Shown here: in pieces, positions 13,289-26,100 of the stretch
Layout: every line of letters starts with the position of its first letter
Numbering within the stretch: the stretch's first letter is position 1
From: Dipteris shenzhenensis
Taxonomy: Eukaryota
Direction: 5' to 3' (one strand)
NCBI GenBank assembly: GCA_047967505.1
Contig: CM106538.1
DNA: 64,000 nucleotides
Program-made: the position numbers and the translations under genes
Notes under the pieces: generated by a model
What the model was told of the DNA's origin: nothing
Database searches by the model: none
The model's input: the letters and a program-made list of their open reading frames with translations, nothing else

Positions 13289-13461
13289 TGAGAGTGCTCT
13301 CAACGGAAGCAAGAACAGAAGAAGGAGAGAGAGAGAGATAGAGAGCCACACAAGTTTTGGTGGGTGCAAAACCACCCTAATCTTCTTTTTCATTCATTTA
13401 TATATATGTTTGAGTATTGTACATAACCGGGGTTAAGGCATAGTGACCTTTAACCCCCACA
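13289..13461 (-). repeat. 3' LTR of the copia element
   Basis: 173 bp. By manual comparison it differs from the 5' LTR by 3 substitutions and one 3-bp indel. Confidence 0.98.
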
Positions 13462-13514
13462 ACCTCCCACTTAAAGGACAATGTGCCTTTAAGGGAGAAT
13501 AACTAGTGAGCATA

Positions 13515-16500
13515 CTATCCAATGCCCATCAATACACGACAATACTCAAACCGCTGACTAGGTAGACTCTTCGTTAGCATATCTGCAGGGTTATCATCTG
13601 TATGAACCTTGACAAGCTCTATGCCCTTGTCCTCAAGTACCTCCCTGATGAAATGGTACCTGACCTCAATGTGTTTGGTCTTTGCATGAAAGACCGGATT
13701 CCGTGCTAGCTGAATAGCACTCATGGAATCACTATGCAATGTTGGTACACCTGTATGAATCCCCAAATCTCCCACTAGCCGATCAAGCCATATAGCCTCC
13801 TTGCAACCCTATGTGGCTGCAACATACTCAGCCTCTGTGGTAGACAAAGCCACGCACTTCTGTGCACGAGACATCCACGACACTGCACCACCTGCAAAGG
13901 TGAACACATAACTAGAAGTGGATCTCCTACTATCCACATGCCCTGCATAGTATGAATCTGTGTACCCAAGTACACGCATGTCTCCTTTACCAAAGCAAAT
14001 GCACATCTCCTTGGTACCCTTCATGTACCTCATGATGCACTTAACTGCCTCCCAATGCCTCTTTCCTGGATTAGCCATATACCGGCTAACAACGCCCACT
14101 GCAAATGCAATGTCTGGTCTAGTAGCTATCATAGCATACATAAGACTCCCAACCGCTGATGCATAAGGAACCTTGGCCATCATGGCCCTCTCCTCATCTG
14201 ATTTGGGACTATCTATATGACTTAGTTTCACATATGGAGGCCATGGAGTACTCACTGCCTTCCCCCCCTCCATATTGAAACGCTGCAATACTTTTGTAAC
14301 ATACTCTTTTTGTGAAAGCCAAAGGAGTTTCCTACTCCGATCACACGTGATGCGCATACCAAGAATATGACCTGCAAATCCCAAATCCTTCACATCAAAG
14401 GCCTCATGCAACTTGGCCTTTAATGCATCTAGCTCATAAGTATTCTTGCTAGCCAATAGCATATCATCCACATATAGTGCCAAGATTATCAGGCTATTAT
14501 CCTTAGCCCTTTTAGTGTAGAGGCAGTGATCAATTTCACTCCTTCTAAAACCCTGGGACCGAATGAAAGCATCAAACTTCTGATACCATTCTCTAGGTGC
14601 TTGCTTAAGACCATAGAGACTCTTCTTTAGCTTGCAAACTAAATGCTCTTTGCCCTTTTCTTCAAAACCTTCCGACTGCACCATGTAAATTTCCTCATGC
14701 TAATCCCCATGCAAGAAAGCTGTCTTGACATCCATTTGCATAAGCTTCATATCCTCTACTGCCACTAGTCCAAGCATGCATCTAAGTGTGGTCATCTTCA
14801 CAACCGGAGAGAATATCTCATCAAAGTCCACACCCTTCTCTTGCTTGAACCCTTTAGCAACCAAACGGGCCTTGTACCTAGGCACATCATCACCTGTGAC
14901 CTTCATTTTGTAGACCCATTTACATGGCAATGCTTTCTTTCCATGTGGCAAAGAAACCAAGTCCCAAGTCTTATTCTTCATAAGTGAACTCATCTCTGAT
15001 TGCATAGCATACTCCCACTTACGTTGATCCTCACGCATCATAGCCTCTTTGTAGCAAGAAGGCTCCCCGCAATCAGTAAGCATCACATAGTCTACCCCTG
15101 GAACAAACCTATCAGGCGGTCTAGACACTCTAGATGATCTTCTCAAGGGCATTTTAGCTTGCTGTCCCACTTGCATATCAGTCACATTTGGCTCATCATT
15201 TCCACCAATAGATGATCCATCATCTACCCTTGATTGTATACCTATGGGAGTACTTGGTTGTACCATTTCTTGCACATTTGGTGCATGGACAGCTTGCTGT
15301 CTATCAACATATGCAGGTGGATTCACATCCTGGAAAGTGATTCTCCTCATTTCCACATCCCTCATGGGTGCCTTATGCATCTTCTTCTCATTGAAGACCA
15401 CATCATGGTTGCGTATGATCTTCTTTGCTTCTGGATCCCAAAGACGATAGCCCATCTCTCCACTTTCACCATAACTTAGAAAGATGCATTTCCTAGACTT
15501 AGGATCTAGCTTCTTTCGAAGCTCTTTTGGCACATGTACATATGCCTCACACCCAAATATACGCAAATGAGAGTAAGAGGGCTTCTTGCCACTCCATGCC
15601 TCTTCAGGAATACCACCATCCAAACTCTTACTAGGTGATCTATTGATCACATGCACTGCAGTCTTCATTGCCTCAGCCCAAAAACCACCAGAAAGACTTG
15701 CATTGGAAAGCATGCATTGCAACCTTTCTTGAATGGTACGGTTCATCTTTTCTACAACTGGATTTTGCTCTGGAGTACGAGGGGATGTGAGCTCCCTCTT
15801 AATCCCACGTGTATCACAGAAATGCTGAAAGTCATGAGAGAGATACTCTCCACCATTGTCAGTCCGTAGGCATTTAAGCATTCTACCTGACTGATTCTCA
15901 ACCAAGGCCAGCCATTTCTGAAATACCTGGAACACATCACTCTTTCGAGCTATAGCATAAGCCCACACTTTCCTAGTTGCATCATCAATGAATGTCACAT
16001 AGTATTCAGCCCCGCCTAATGACCGTGTAGGCATGGGACCGCATACATCTGAATGCACCAAATCAAGCTTTTCAAACTCTTTCTTTCCCCTTCTTTTATG
16101 GGCTGATTTAGTCTGCTTCCCATAGAGACAATGCTCACAAAATTCAAAATCAGAGAAACTCAAATGCGGTACATAACCCAAATGGCATAAGAGTTTCATT
16201 CCATTCTAGCTCATGTGCCCCAACCTGCAATGCCACAAAGAAGTGCTTGGCTGCTCGGTTATTGCAACAACATGATCAAATACCCCTGATACATGTAAGG
16301 GATACAAAGTCCCACACTTGGCACCCCTGGCCAAAAGCATAGAGCCCTTCTGAATTTTCCAACTTTGAAAGCCAAAAGTGGTGTGAAAACCAGCATCATC
16401 TAGCTGACCCACTGAAATAAGACTCTTGGTCAACTTAGGCACATGTTTCACATGTTTCAAAACAAATGCAGACCCATTTGCAAAAGAAAACTTTATGTCA

Positions 16501-17609
16501 CCTGCTCCCACTATGTCACATGCATAGTCATTTCCAAGATGCACACAACCTGTCTTTCCACTGTCATAAGTGGAGAACCATTCCCTATGGGGAGTAACAT
16601 GGAATGAAGCACCAGAATCCAAAATCCAATCCTGGGAATATGCATCATCTGAAGTGGTAAGCAACTCTGTAGATAAACTAGACATGAAGAGAACATCATT
16701 GTCACTATCATGTGTGACTGCATTGATCTCCTCGATCTTCACTTTTCCTTTGTCCTCCCTTGGACTCTCTTCCTTTTGATTTGCACCCCAATTTGCATTC
16801 TTTTTCTTATCCTTTTGCTCTCTTTTCAGCTTCAGCTTGTAGCAATCCTTTTTCATATGGCCCTTCTTGCCACAATGGTAACACTCAATGTTCCGTGCCC
16901 TGGATTTGCTACGAGACTTCCCTCTTTCTTGGGACTTCCCCCTGAACTGTGATCTGCCCCTTTGCACATTTAAGGCTGCATCCTGCTTGTTGCCATCCAT
17001 AGACTTCCGTCTAATCTCCTCGGCCAACAAGCTACCCACAACATCATCAAATTTCAGTACTCCGCCAGGTGCAGAGTTACTGACAGCTGTACGGAAGGTA
17101 TCCCATGAGGATGGCAATGAACATAGGAGAAATATTGCCTTAGTCTCCGCATCAAAATTCATTTTCTGAGCCTGAAGTTGGCTGAAAATAATATTGAATT
17201 CATTCAAGTGAGAAGCAATGGAGACCCCTTCCTTCATCTGCAGCTCAAACAACCTCTTCATGAGGTAAACTTTATTAGAGGCAGTTTCCTTCTCATAAGT
17301 GGCACACAGTTTCTTCCACAAATCTTCCGTAGTCTGCTCATTTACTACTGTGAAATAAACTGACTCTACAAGATGAAGTCTAATAGTAGACTTTGCTAAT
17401 GCATCCAACTCATTCCAATCATCCTCAGATATATCCGCAGGCTTAGCTTCAATACCTGCCAAGGGTTTAATCTGCTTCTTTTGAATAAGCACATCCCTTA
17501 TTTGTTCTTTCCACAAAGAAAAGTTTGTCCCATCAAACTTTTTAATGCTGAAAAACTCCTTTTCAGGCATGGAAGAGGATGCCATGATGCAAATGAAACA
17601 AAATCCCAA
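13515..17609 (-). pseudogene. Copia gag-pol polyprotein, one frame with three in-frame TAG stops
   Basis: ORFs 16206-17609, 14700-16199, 13809-14684 and 13515-13775 are all in one frame. Motifs: CYHCGKKGHMKKDC, ILDSGAS, LWHCRLGH, HSDVCGP, LRTDNGGEY, QMDVKTAFLHG, YVDDML, TKHIEVRYHFIRE. Confidence 0.95.
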
Positions 17610-19022
17610 ATGCTAGTACCTGCAAGAGAGAATCACACCAAATACCAGGTGCACCCAAATGTGTATGCCACAATAGACTGAAATATCACAAAAAACTCAA
17701 AGCTCAAAGCATCAAAAGATGCATCTAACTCATGTGCATATACTATGCATCCATATGAGCAAATCTGGCCCAAAAGAAAATGCCAATAAGTGCCAAATGA
17801 CTCAAGCATAAACACCGTCCACTGGTATATGCATCAATAATATCTCATCCAAGAGAGCATAGCACTATCAATGCATCACCAACAATGTGTCAAAGCTGTC
17901 TCTCAGCATAAAATAGCATCTATGTGCAAAGCGTCCATAAAAAATAGCATCCCACAAGGCAATTTGGGCCTATCAGTGCATCCAACAAGGACCGCAATGC
18001 ATCCAAATGGCCTATAAATCATCCACTGCAACCCAATTCATACCACGAACGAGCGCACACTGCTCACTGCAACCAGAGTGATCTGCATAAGGTATGCTCA
18101 GGAAATCATGGTCCCACGATAATGACCGCTACTGAAAATAGAACTCGAGATGCCTCAAAACATGGGCGCCATTGCATAATCGGACTCAGCAAGAAAATTT
18201 GCAAATATCTCTCTTCTGCCAGAACTCCAAAATCCCAACCGATGAGTGAGAAATGGGAGTCAACACTTATCCACTGCCATGTGGCATAAATCTAAGGTTT
18301 CAAAACCTTAGAATGAAAAATGCATAACAGAGAGATGAAATCGAATACACAGAGATCTATAACTCTGAAAATCCTCCACCAAATCGCGCAAGAACTGATA
18401 GGTAGGGGTTTTTGGGCGTTCGGAACGCAATGGGATAGACGGTTTTGGAAACCGTTGTCTCAATCACTGGGTCCAACACACGGGCTGAAAAACGTTTTTT
18501 GAAACAGAGCTGTTTGTAAACTCCACCGGAGTGCGAATGATGAGCAACATAGAAGTTTTAGGACTCCTGAGTCCACCGGAATTGACAGATCTGCAAATGG
18601 TTGCTCCAAACTTGAGTTCCAACACCCGGGCAAAAAACGCAGGAACTGACACAGTGAGTCAGAAATCCAATGAAATGATCCCAGATTCAGGAATGAAGGT
18701 GTTTCCAGGCTCCTGAAGTAATGTGGACACCAAAAGCAAGCAATAGTTGCCTCTATAAGTCAATACGGAGTCTCTGTCATCGAACGGAACAAGGAAAAGC
18801 TCAAAAAACGACTTTTTCTTTGAAAGCTCTTAACAGGCTCTCAAAACCACTTCGCAAAGCCAAAGTGACTTTTCCAAATGTTCCTCCAAGGTCTCTGCAC
18901 ACTCGGATGCAAGTAAAGTCACCCACAAAGCTTCCCACAGAGCTTCTCCTTCCTCCCACAGAGCTGCTGAGCTTCAAGCATTCACGCATGCTCAGCTAGA
19001 TCACCCGGGCTCTGATACCAGT

Positions 19023-19192
19023 TGAGAGTGCTCTCAACGGAAGCAAGAACAGAAGGAGAGAGAGAGAGATAGAGAGCCACACAAGTTTTGGTGGGTGCAA
19101 AACCACCCTAATCTTCTTTTTCATTCATTTATATATGTGTTTGAGTATTGTACATAACCGAGGTTAAGGCACAGTGACCTTTAACCCCCACA
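19023..19192 (-). repeat. 5' LTR of the copia element
   Basis: 170 bp, 2 bp from the PBS, followed by the GTAGC TSD. Confidence 0.98.
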
Positions 19193-19781
19193 GTAGCTTG
19201 CACCCTATCCTTGCTAGCTCCACCAAGAGCTACCAAAGCGCACATTTTGTCACATGAGCTTGTAACTAAGAGAGCATCTTTCTGGGACCACAAAAGCCAA
19301 GGGACATGTACCTTTTTGGACCCATATGGGGGTGATGGGACACTCTATAGGCCTTCTTAGTTCTTAATCCATTTTGCTAATCCACTCCTTATGAGGTCCT
19401 GTTTGAGTCGAAAATTCCCCTAGTGACTAAAAAATGGTGTCACTTGTTATACATCTTCAAAGTAAAGTGTCCATGGTCTTGTAGAATTATTGTCCCTTTT
19501 TAGAATATCGATCCATATCATGTTCATGTTGAACCTCACCTAGAACACAATACTTACTCAATTTCCTTTCAGGTGGTGGATTATGGTAGGTGCATCTAAT
19601 TGCTCCATGACCTTAGTCATCTATTACATGTAATTAAATTATTGAGTTGGCTCCCAATTTCTTGAAGCGTGTCCACTCCCAATGTTGCACCAGTTAATTG
19701 GTGCAACATTCAACTCTTTCCCTTGGCTAATAGCCCATATGATCTTATAGCTCTATATGTCACTTCTTTGGCCACACTTGG

Positions 19782-19944
19782 TGTTGGGGTAAAGGCCAAT
19801 GGCCCAAGATATACCCCTTTGTACCATACATACATAATAAGAGCTTACCTTGATCTGGGTGAGTTAGCACCCACAATTTTCGGTGTTCTCCTTTTCTTTG
19901 TTACTCTCCGATAAGACCTCCTCTCCATCAACTGGTATCAAAGC
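19782..19944 (+). mobile_element. Short 5' LTR plus tRNA-iMet PBS of another, decayed LTR element
   Basis: TGTTGGGG (19782)...CTCCATCA (19930), then AC and TGGTATCAAAGC (19933-19944). No partner LTR found. Confidence 0.55.
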
Positions 19945-20672
19945 TTGGTTGAGTGAAGCGAACAAGGAGACTGTAGCATTTATCACAATAGTAGCCCTTT
20001 TATGCAACCTAGGTGAGCTTTAATACCAACTTTTGCATCAAGTATAATATGCCATAAACGTGTCCATCTCAAAAAAATGAAAGAAGACTGAATGTTCTAG
20101 GTTATCCAATCCATACAAAATCTTGCTGAAAATCCAAATTTTAATCTTTACACGCTTAGTGGTCAACGGAGTCCATACGCGAGAGATGAAATCCTACACC
20201 TTTGCCAATGAACACGAAATGAAAATATGCAGACAGGTTTTCGAGCATGTAGTACAAAACACAAAGTTACCAGACACAATCCATCACAATCGCAATTGGT
20301 CCCCCATGATTAGGCCTCCAACTAGCATGTATCATATGAGCACTTTCCCTTGATATGGAATCTTAGACCACCAGGCCTATAAATTTACTTTCTTCCACTA
20401 GGTCCTCTTCTTGATGTTCCACACCATACTAGCCTTCGCAATGACCTAGCGCTTATCTTTTACCACTTGATTTCTTGTATGCTGGACAAGGTTGATGATC
20501 CTCTAACTGAGGAATATTACCAAACGGTGTAAGTGCTACCCTCACCTTCTCCCATAAGTGTACATATTCATGTGGAACCCGAAAATATTAACGAAATGGA
20601 ACCCAACATGACCACTTCTTCGAGGCAGGCCTCATGAATATCATTCATCTTATTATTTCTTGGCCCTCTTAA

Positions 20673-20971
20673 AGGGCTTATGTCATGGAGGGAAAAAAGG
20701 ATGGCTATTTTAGATGGTATTTCCTTGGAAGAGCCTAGTTTGGATGTTTTTCCTTTGGTGCATCACATAATGATCAAAGGAGAAATGAGAGAGGGAGATA
20801 AGGAAATGTCACATCAATAGTAGAGAAATGTCACATCAATGATGAAGTCTAGAGCATGGAGGGCTATTTCCCCTAGTCCCACTCTATTTCCCTCTATTTC
20901 CCTTGATGCATTTGCAGAGCATAACAAAAATAGCTATTTCTCCTTTTTTTTCCCTCTATGACATAAGGCCC
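20673..20971. mobile_element. Tourist-like (PIF/Harbinger) MITE
   Basis: Inverted termini AGGGCTTATGTCATGGAGGGAAAAAAGG and (reverse complement) GGGCCTTATGTCATAGAGGGAAAAAAAAGG. TAA flanks on both sides (20670-20672, 20972-20974). About 300 bp, non-coding. Confidence 0.8.
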
Positions 20972-23168
20972 TAAGGGACTATGAAGAGATTGTTGGTTTT
21001 TTCGTCCATCATGTTTTTGGACCTTCTAAGAGAGTGGGAGATGATTGGCCGAATTCCATTTTTTTCATTTGTATTTGATCAAGCTAACGTTATTAAGGAG
21101 GTCATTAGCGCTTTAAATGCCTTTAACAATGTTGTTAGCATAGTCTTCTTGCAGTCTATTTACTCTTCCTTTCATTAAAAGTAGGGCCATAATTGTTTTG
21201 CCATCTTATTGAATTATTCAATATTTATTCTATATGAAAAGGAAGCAAAGCCACAAGGTGCATTGTTAAAGTGAGCCTTGAGTATGCACTGTGGTGAGGT
21301 TCCTTGTTAACTCTGAATGCCCAATCAAACCGTATGCCTCCTATAGTGATGGTTGGTGCTACCAAAACTTAAAGTGCAAGCCATGAAAATTTTTAAGCAC
21401 ACATCCCAATCTATTTCAAGGGAAATGCATCCTCGGTTTTAATGCCATAAATTGTATCCTGTCTTAATTGCATATTACTAGCAAGTGCATTCAAATGGAA
21501 AGTCATATCCTAGGGTCATCTGAGTCAACTGGTTACTCATATCTTTTTGCTATCAACAATGGAGTGAAGGGAGTCTTAAGTTGTTCCTTTATTCCTCTCT
21601 TAGTATGTTCCTAAAATTGAAAGGAAGCATGTTGCAGTATACTCTACCTTTGGCCCTATTGACTCTATAGATTTCATTATTAGTTATTCCTCCTCTTTGT
21701 TGTTGTTGCTCTTTTGTGTGCTACGGATTTTGGAGGGGCAAACCTATTAGATGTCAGACTACATATGGTCACTAGGATATGGCCTTCATTACAAGATATG
21801 TGTGTCTCAAGAGCCATGGGTGCTAATGGCTGCGTCCTCGTAGAGGAGATCGCACTTGTGTATTGTAATACCAAGATTGATGGTACATAATGGGATGCAG
21901 TTAATGGTTCAAGTGGTGAATTCACCTCTCCTTTCTCATTTGATGATCTCATGGAAGGAGATGTTGGCACACACTAAATGGAAGCCTTCATATCAATTAT
22001 TGTAGTTCAATCTTATGACAAGTGAGGTGTTGGACTAGTGAGAATCCTAGATGCTTTTTGCTTTGTAGAGGTTGCTTTTTTTGTGTGTGGAAGCAAACGT
22101 CTGGGCCAGGAGGATTTTGGATCTGCTCTTCCTTTTGAGCTCAGCTGGGTGAACGTGTGGATTACAAAATGATGGGGTGTGGTTTGCAATGGGCAGATGA
22201 TGAGGACGAGATGTTAGTTGGAAATTGATGAGGATGCTGAGGTGGACTTTGAAAGGGAAGCCCTCTCAGCCTCTATTTACACGTTGGCTAATCTCTTGTG
22301 AGCCACAAGCCGCTCTGAATGGGAATAAACAGAGTGTCTGACCGCTTTCAATGATTCAATTTCGGACTTTGTGGACCTCTCCAACAGCGATCATCATAAA
22401 GTTTGCCCCCACTATCAATTCAAACATCTCACCCAAAATTTTCTTGCCTCATCATAACCTTGTCCTGTGCTCTGATGATTGTTTGTGTCACTTGTCCACT
22501 GTCGCTCGATTTCGAAGCCATCCCTTGCGCTCCAACAGAATGGTGATCTACCACTAGTTCATCTTCATCTCTTAACGGGATTGAAATTCGATTTTCTGTG
22601 CATGGATTTTCATGGTCCATTACTCCAGTACCGACTCTCGCAGCTGCAACGCTGTTGAAATTGCTTCAGTGATCTAGTTTTGAGCTCCTGTATGGGCTCT
22701 TCTGCTGCGGTGCTTCTTGCCCCTGTAGCCCGGGTATATTGGAAAACAAGCAATTGTTGACGTGTTGCTTCCTCCGGCTACTCCTCCATGCCAAGATTGG
22801 CATCGCGCTATCCGCCGGAGGTGCAGTTGATCCGGATCTGAAATCCTGGCAATCTGAAAGTGCCAGACCCCAGTAGCAAATTCGCGAGGAGGACCTAGTC
22901 ATGCGCCCTTGATCTAATTTGCTGAATTGCAGCGGTCTGTAAAGATGGGTCTCTACCAGCATGCAGCGATCTTCAAACTGTGATACTTGCCTCTTTATCA
23001 AGGGAACTAATGCTCGATCTTCTTTCTTTCTCGTTATGCTACCCAAAGGTGTTCGGGAAAAACTTCTCGAGTGTCTTGTAACGCGGAAAAAGTAATCCCT
23101 GGTGGCTCATAGAGTCGTTCTCTGGTCATTTCTTCAGACTTTTCTACCTCGAGTGTAGGCGGTATTTA

Positions 23169-26100
23169 ATGACGTGGGCACTGGAGTCGGCAGTCTTGGA
23201 AGACGAATGGTGGACTTCAGAAAGGGGAGGATGGGCTACATGGATTGTCCTGTCTTTTATACTGGGATGGTACAGCGTACGCTTCACAGCACGAGCAATG
23301 AAGTCTCTTTTTCGAAAAAGCTCACGCATGGTCTTTCAGAACACTCAAATTTCAAGGTAATGATTTTTGTTCTTCTTCAATATGCTGGTGTGTGTATTTG
23401 ATCGAAAGCACCAATTGTAATATGAAGGTGTATCGTGTAGTTCAAGGTGGATGTAATCGTCGCTGATAACGTAGAATAAAAGACGAATCGAAAAATGCCT
23501 CCTTAGTTCAAAAGGGCATTTGGTAATGTGTTGGTCTCTCCATTGGTTGCAATGTTTTGCGCGTTTACGATCATATAAGGGCTTTGCTTTTTATCTAACT
23601 TCCTCTGCGTGAATTCTTCGTTGCAGGGATGCAAGAAATTTGAGAACTGACGATATCCCCCCCTCCTCCCTTTGTCTGGTGCAAGGCATACTTTATTCCA
23701 AGGGTTACTTAACCTGAGGCAATCCAGAACTAAAACCTTGAGGGATGAATTACTTTCATCCCACTCGGGCCCTTGGATCTCTAACTAAACGTCCAGTGCT
23801 TAACTGCCTACAATTTTGGAGTGCAAATAGGAGTGGAAGGACAGTGTTGAGTCATATGCCAGCATTATGAAGCCATTGTAGCAGTAGGCGGTAAATTTAA
23901 GGGTAAAGGATGGTGCTTAATCAGGGTTGTGAGTGTGAAGACCCCTCTAAATCTAGCTCAGCTTGTGGGAAAAAGCAAAAGGTTTGGCATAATTCATGCT
24001 GAAGGAGTCCCTAAATAAGGAAAAGCAAAGCCAGGCAAACCAGACTAATTTTGTATGAAAAGCACAAGCTAGTTAGCTTGTCCTGGCTTTTTTTGCAAAA
24101 GCAAAGATCGCTTGAATGAATTTCCACGTGATTAAACTTGACTTTAGGGCATATATTTGTACTTGACCTATGACGGCGTTCAGAGATGCAAGTACGAGTA
24201 TCTGCTTGTATCAACGGTGTCCATATTCTAGAAAGGTGTGCATTATTTGGCTGACACAATTACTTCCAAGGATTGTTTGACAAATGTGTGGGTTAAGGAT
24301 TTTGTTTGGCATTTAGGGCTTGGATATTTTTTCCTTAATTCATATTTGAATCTTGCCTTTCTGGTCCATTCCCAAGGCATCTTTGGGTAAAAAATTAAGG
24401 CTGCCGAGACTTTTCTGTTAGCAATTACATGTCCTCTTTAGTTGTGCAAGAGCACAGGATGACATCCTTGCGCTGATGCTGCTTTCCAAAAGATAGAACA
24501 TGTTGGTTTTATATTTGATTCCTTCCATTAAGAGAAGGATCTTTCCTTCAAAGTGGGTGGGGAGGTAGAAGTGTAGTTGGTTGTTGTTAAATTGGCCGCA
24601 TCCTTTGTCAACAAGGAAATGATTCTTCAAGAGCTCACATTAGGCCTTTGCACAAGAGATTGGCTACAAGAGATTGGCTAAGAGAGGACATTTTTGTTTC
24701 GATAACAATATTTAAGCTCAAGGGGGATCTATATTCTAACTTGCATCCTTTGCAGTGGACAAAATTTGTGTACGTACACGTTGATGTTTTGTATTGAGAT
24801 TGCAAATAAAGGAGAGTCCAGGGCCTACTCTCCAAAATAGGTAAAAGTTTGGCTGATGGTCCTATGCAACTTCTGCAGTGGCAATGGAAGCTATGTGCCA
24901 GATGAGAGTCCAGGGACAGACGTTGAGTTGCAAAGGTTGCTATTGCTGTTAGAGGATATTGGGCATTCAAACAATGCATGTTGGACGCCTGTTGTCAATA
25001 AGCAGAGCAATACACTGGCATATTGTGCAAAGCTTCGAGATCCTGAGGTTTGTTTCTTTACAATTTACATGAGCACATATCATTGTGTAGTTGATGTTTT
25101 ATTATGATTTTACAAATGAAACATTTTTGCTGTCCAACACAGGATGGTGGTCCAACGGAATATCTTAGCACGTCAGTTTTTGAGAATTGTTCTACAGAGC
25201 AACTGAGGGACTTTTATATGGACAATGAATATAGGATGACGTGGGACAGTTCTTTCATAAGCTATGAGCAGCTAGATGTTAATGAGGAGACTGGAGTAGA
25301 GATTGGGCATTTCATCAGAAAGTTCCCTTTTATGCATCCAAGAGAATATGTGCTTGCTTGGAAAATCTGGGAAGGGGCAGATAAGACGTTCTACTACTTT
25401 GCCAAAGTAGGGCTGTATTGTGTTTTGCAGTCCCATTTTTCTTTGTTATAAAAAGGGACTAGCATTGTAGAACTTCATTTCCATATTACAGTCCTTGAAT
25501 GCTTGCATTGTCACCGTGACGAGTCATGTTTTCCGTTATGCTTTTACCAGCACTGCAGACATCCACGAGCACCAGAAAATGCCACGTATACACGTGTTGA
25601 GCATTACTGGTCAGGCTGGCGGATACGTAAAGGTGGGATGCTATATTCCAGTATATTCTTTCTGGAGTATTCTCCTGTTATGTTCAGCTTGTTAGTTTCT
25701 TTGAATCCTCAAGCTTGCAGATTCCTAAGCTTCCACATCTGTTCATCTGGTTGTGCAGTTCCTGGTGAAGATGCTTGTGAGATTAAGATGTGGCACCAAG
25801 AAGATGCAGGCTTGATGGCAAAGATGGCCTTTTCTCATAGGATATGGAAATACATGTGTGATATGGAAAAAAGCTTGAGAAAGTATAGAGGTCGTCACCT
25901 TAAAGGCAATGTAGATGCAGTTGCGCTGGCTGAGAAGGTATGGGTTACAGGGGTTATTTGGTGTTCATTGTATAGTATTATTTCTTCAGTCAGAGGCAAT
26001 CCTGGCAGTTATACTTGGAGCTTGCAAGTTCATGTTTCTCTCACCACAGAATGGTAGGGTCCCCACGGATTCTTACTTATCTTTGAACTCACTCCAGAAA

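Larger units (their letters stand above)
13289..19192 (-). mobile_element. Full-length Ty1/copia LTR retrotransposon
   Basis: LTRs at 19023-19192 (5') and 13289-13461 (3') with TG..CA ends. Perfect 5-bp TSD GTAGC at 13284-13288 and 19193-19197. tRNA-iMet PBS TGGTATCAGAGC at 19009-19020. PPT (AAGTGGGAGGT) next to 13462. Domain order gag-PR-INT-RT-RH. Confidence 0.99.

Noticed and set aside
13809-16208. U-to-C RNA editing or programmed readthrough rescuing the copia TAG stops
   Set aside because: U-to-C editing would give Gln, but Glu, Leu and Glu are expected. Such editing is organellar, and the stops are not at a gag/pol boundary.
20980-22330. Possible very old minus-strand LINE ORF1/endonuclease remnant
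   Set aside because: Only faint motifs (YEGFHLVC; CILKAHFNNAPCGFAS), too weak to call without a search.
22351-23046. Short ORFs upstream of the START gene as a separate gene
   Set aside because: No recognisable domain; more simply the promoter/5' UTR region of the START gene.
23627-23690. Extra START exon after a good TTGCAG acceptor
   Set aside because: No phase-compatible GT donor was found before the stop, and exon 1 joins 24879 directly in frame.
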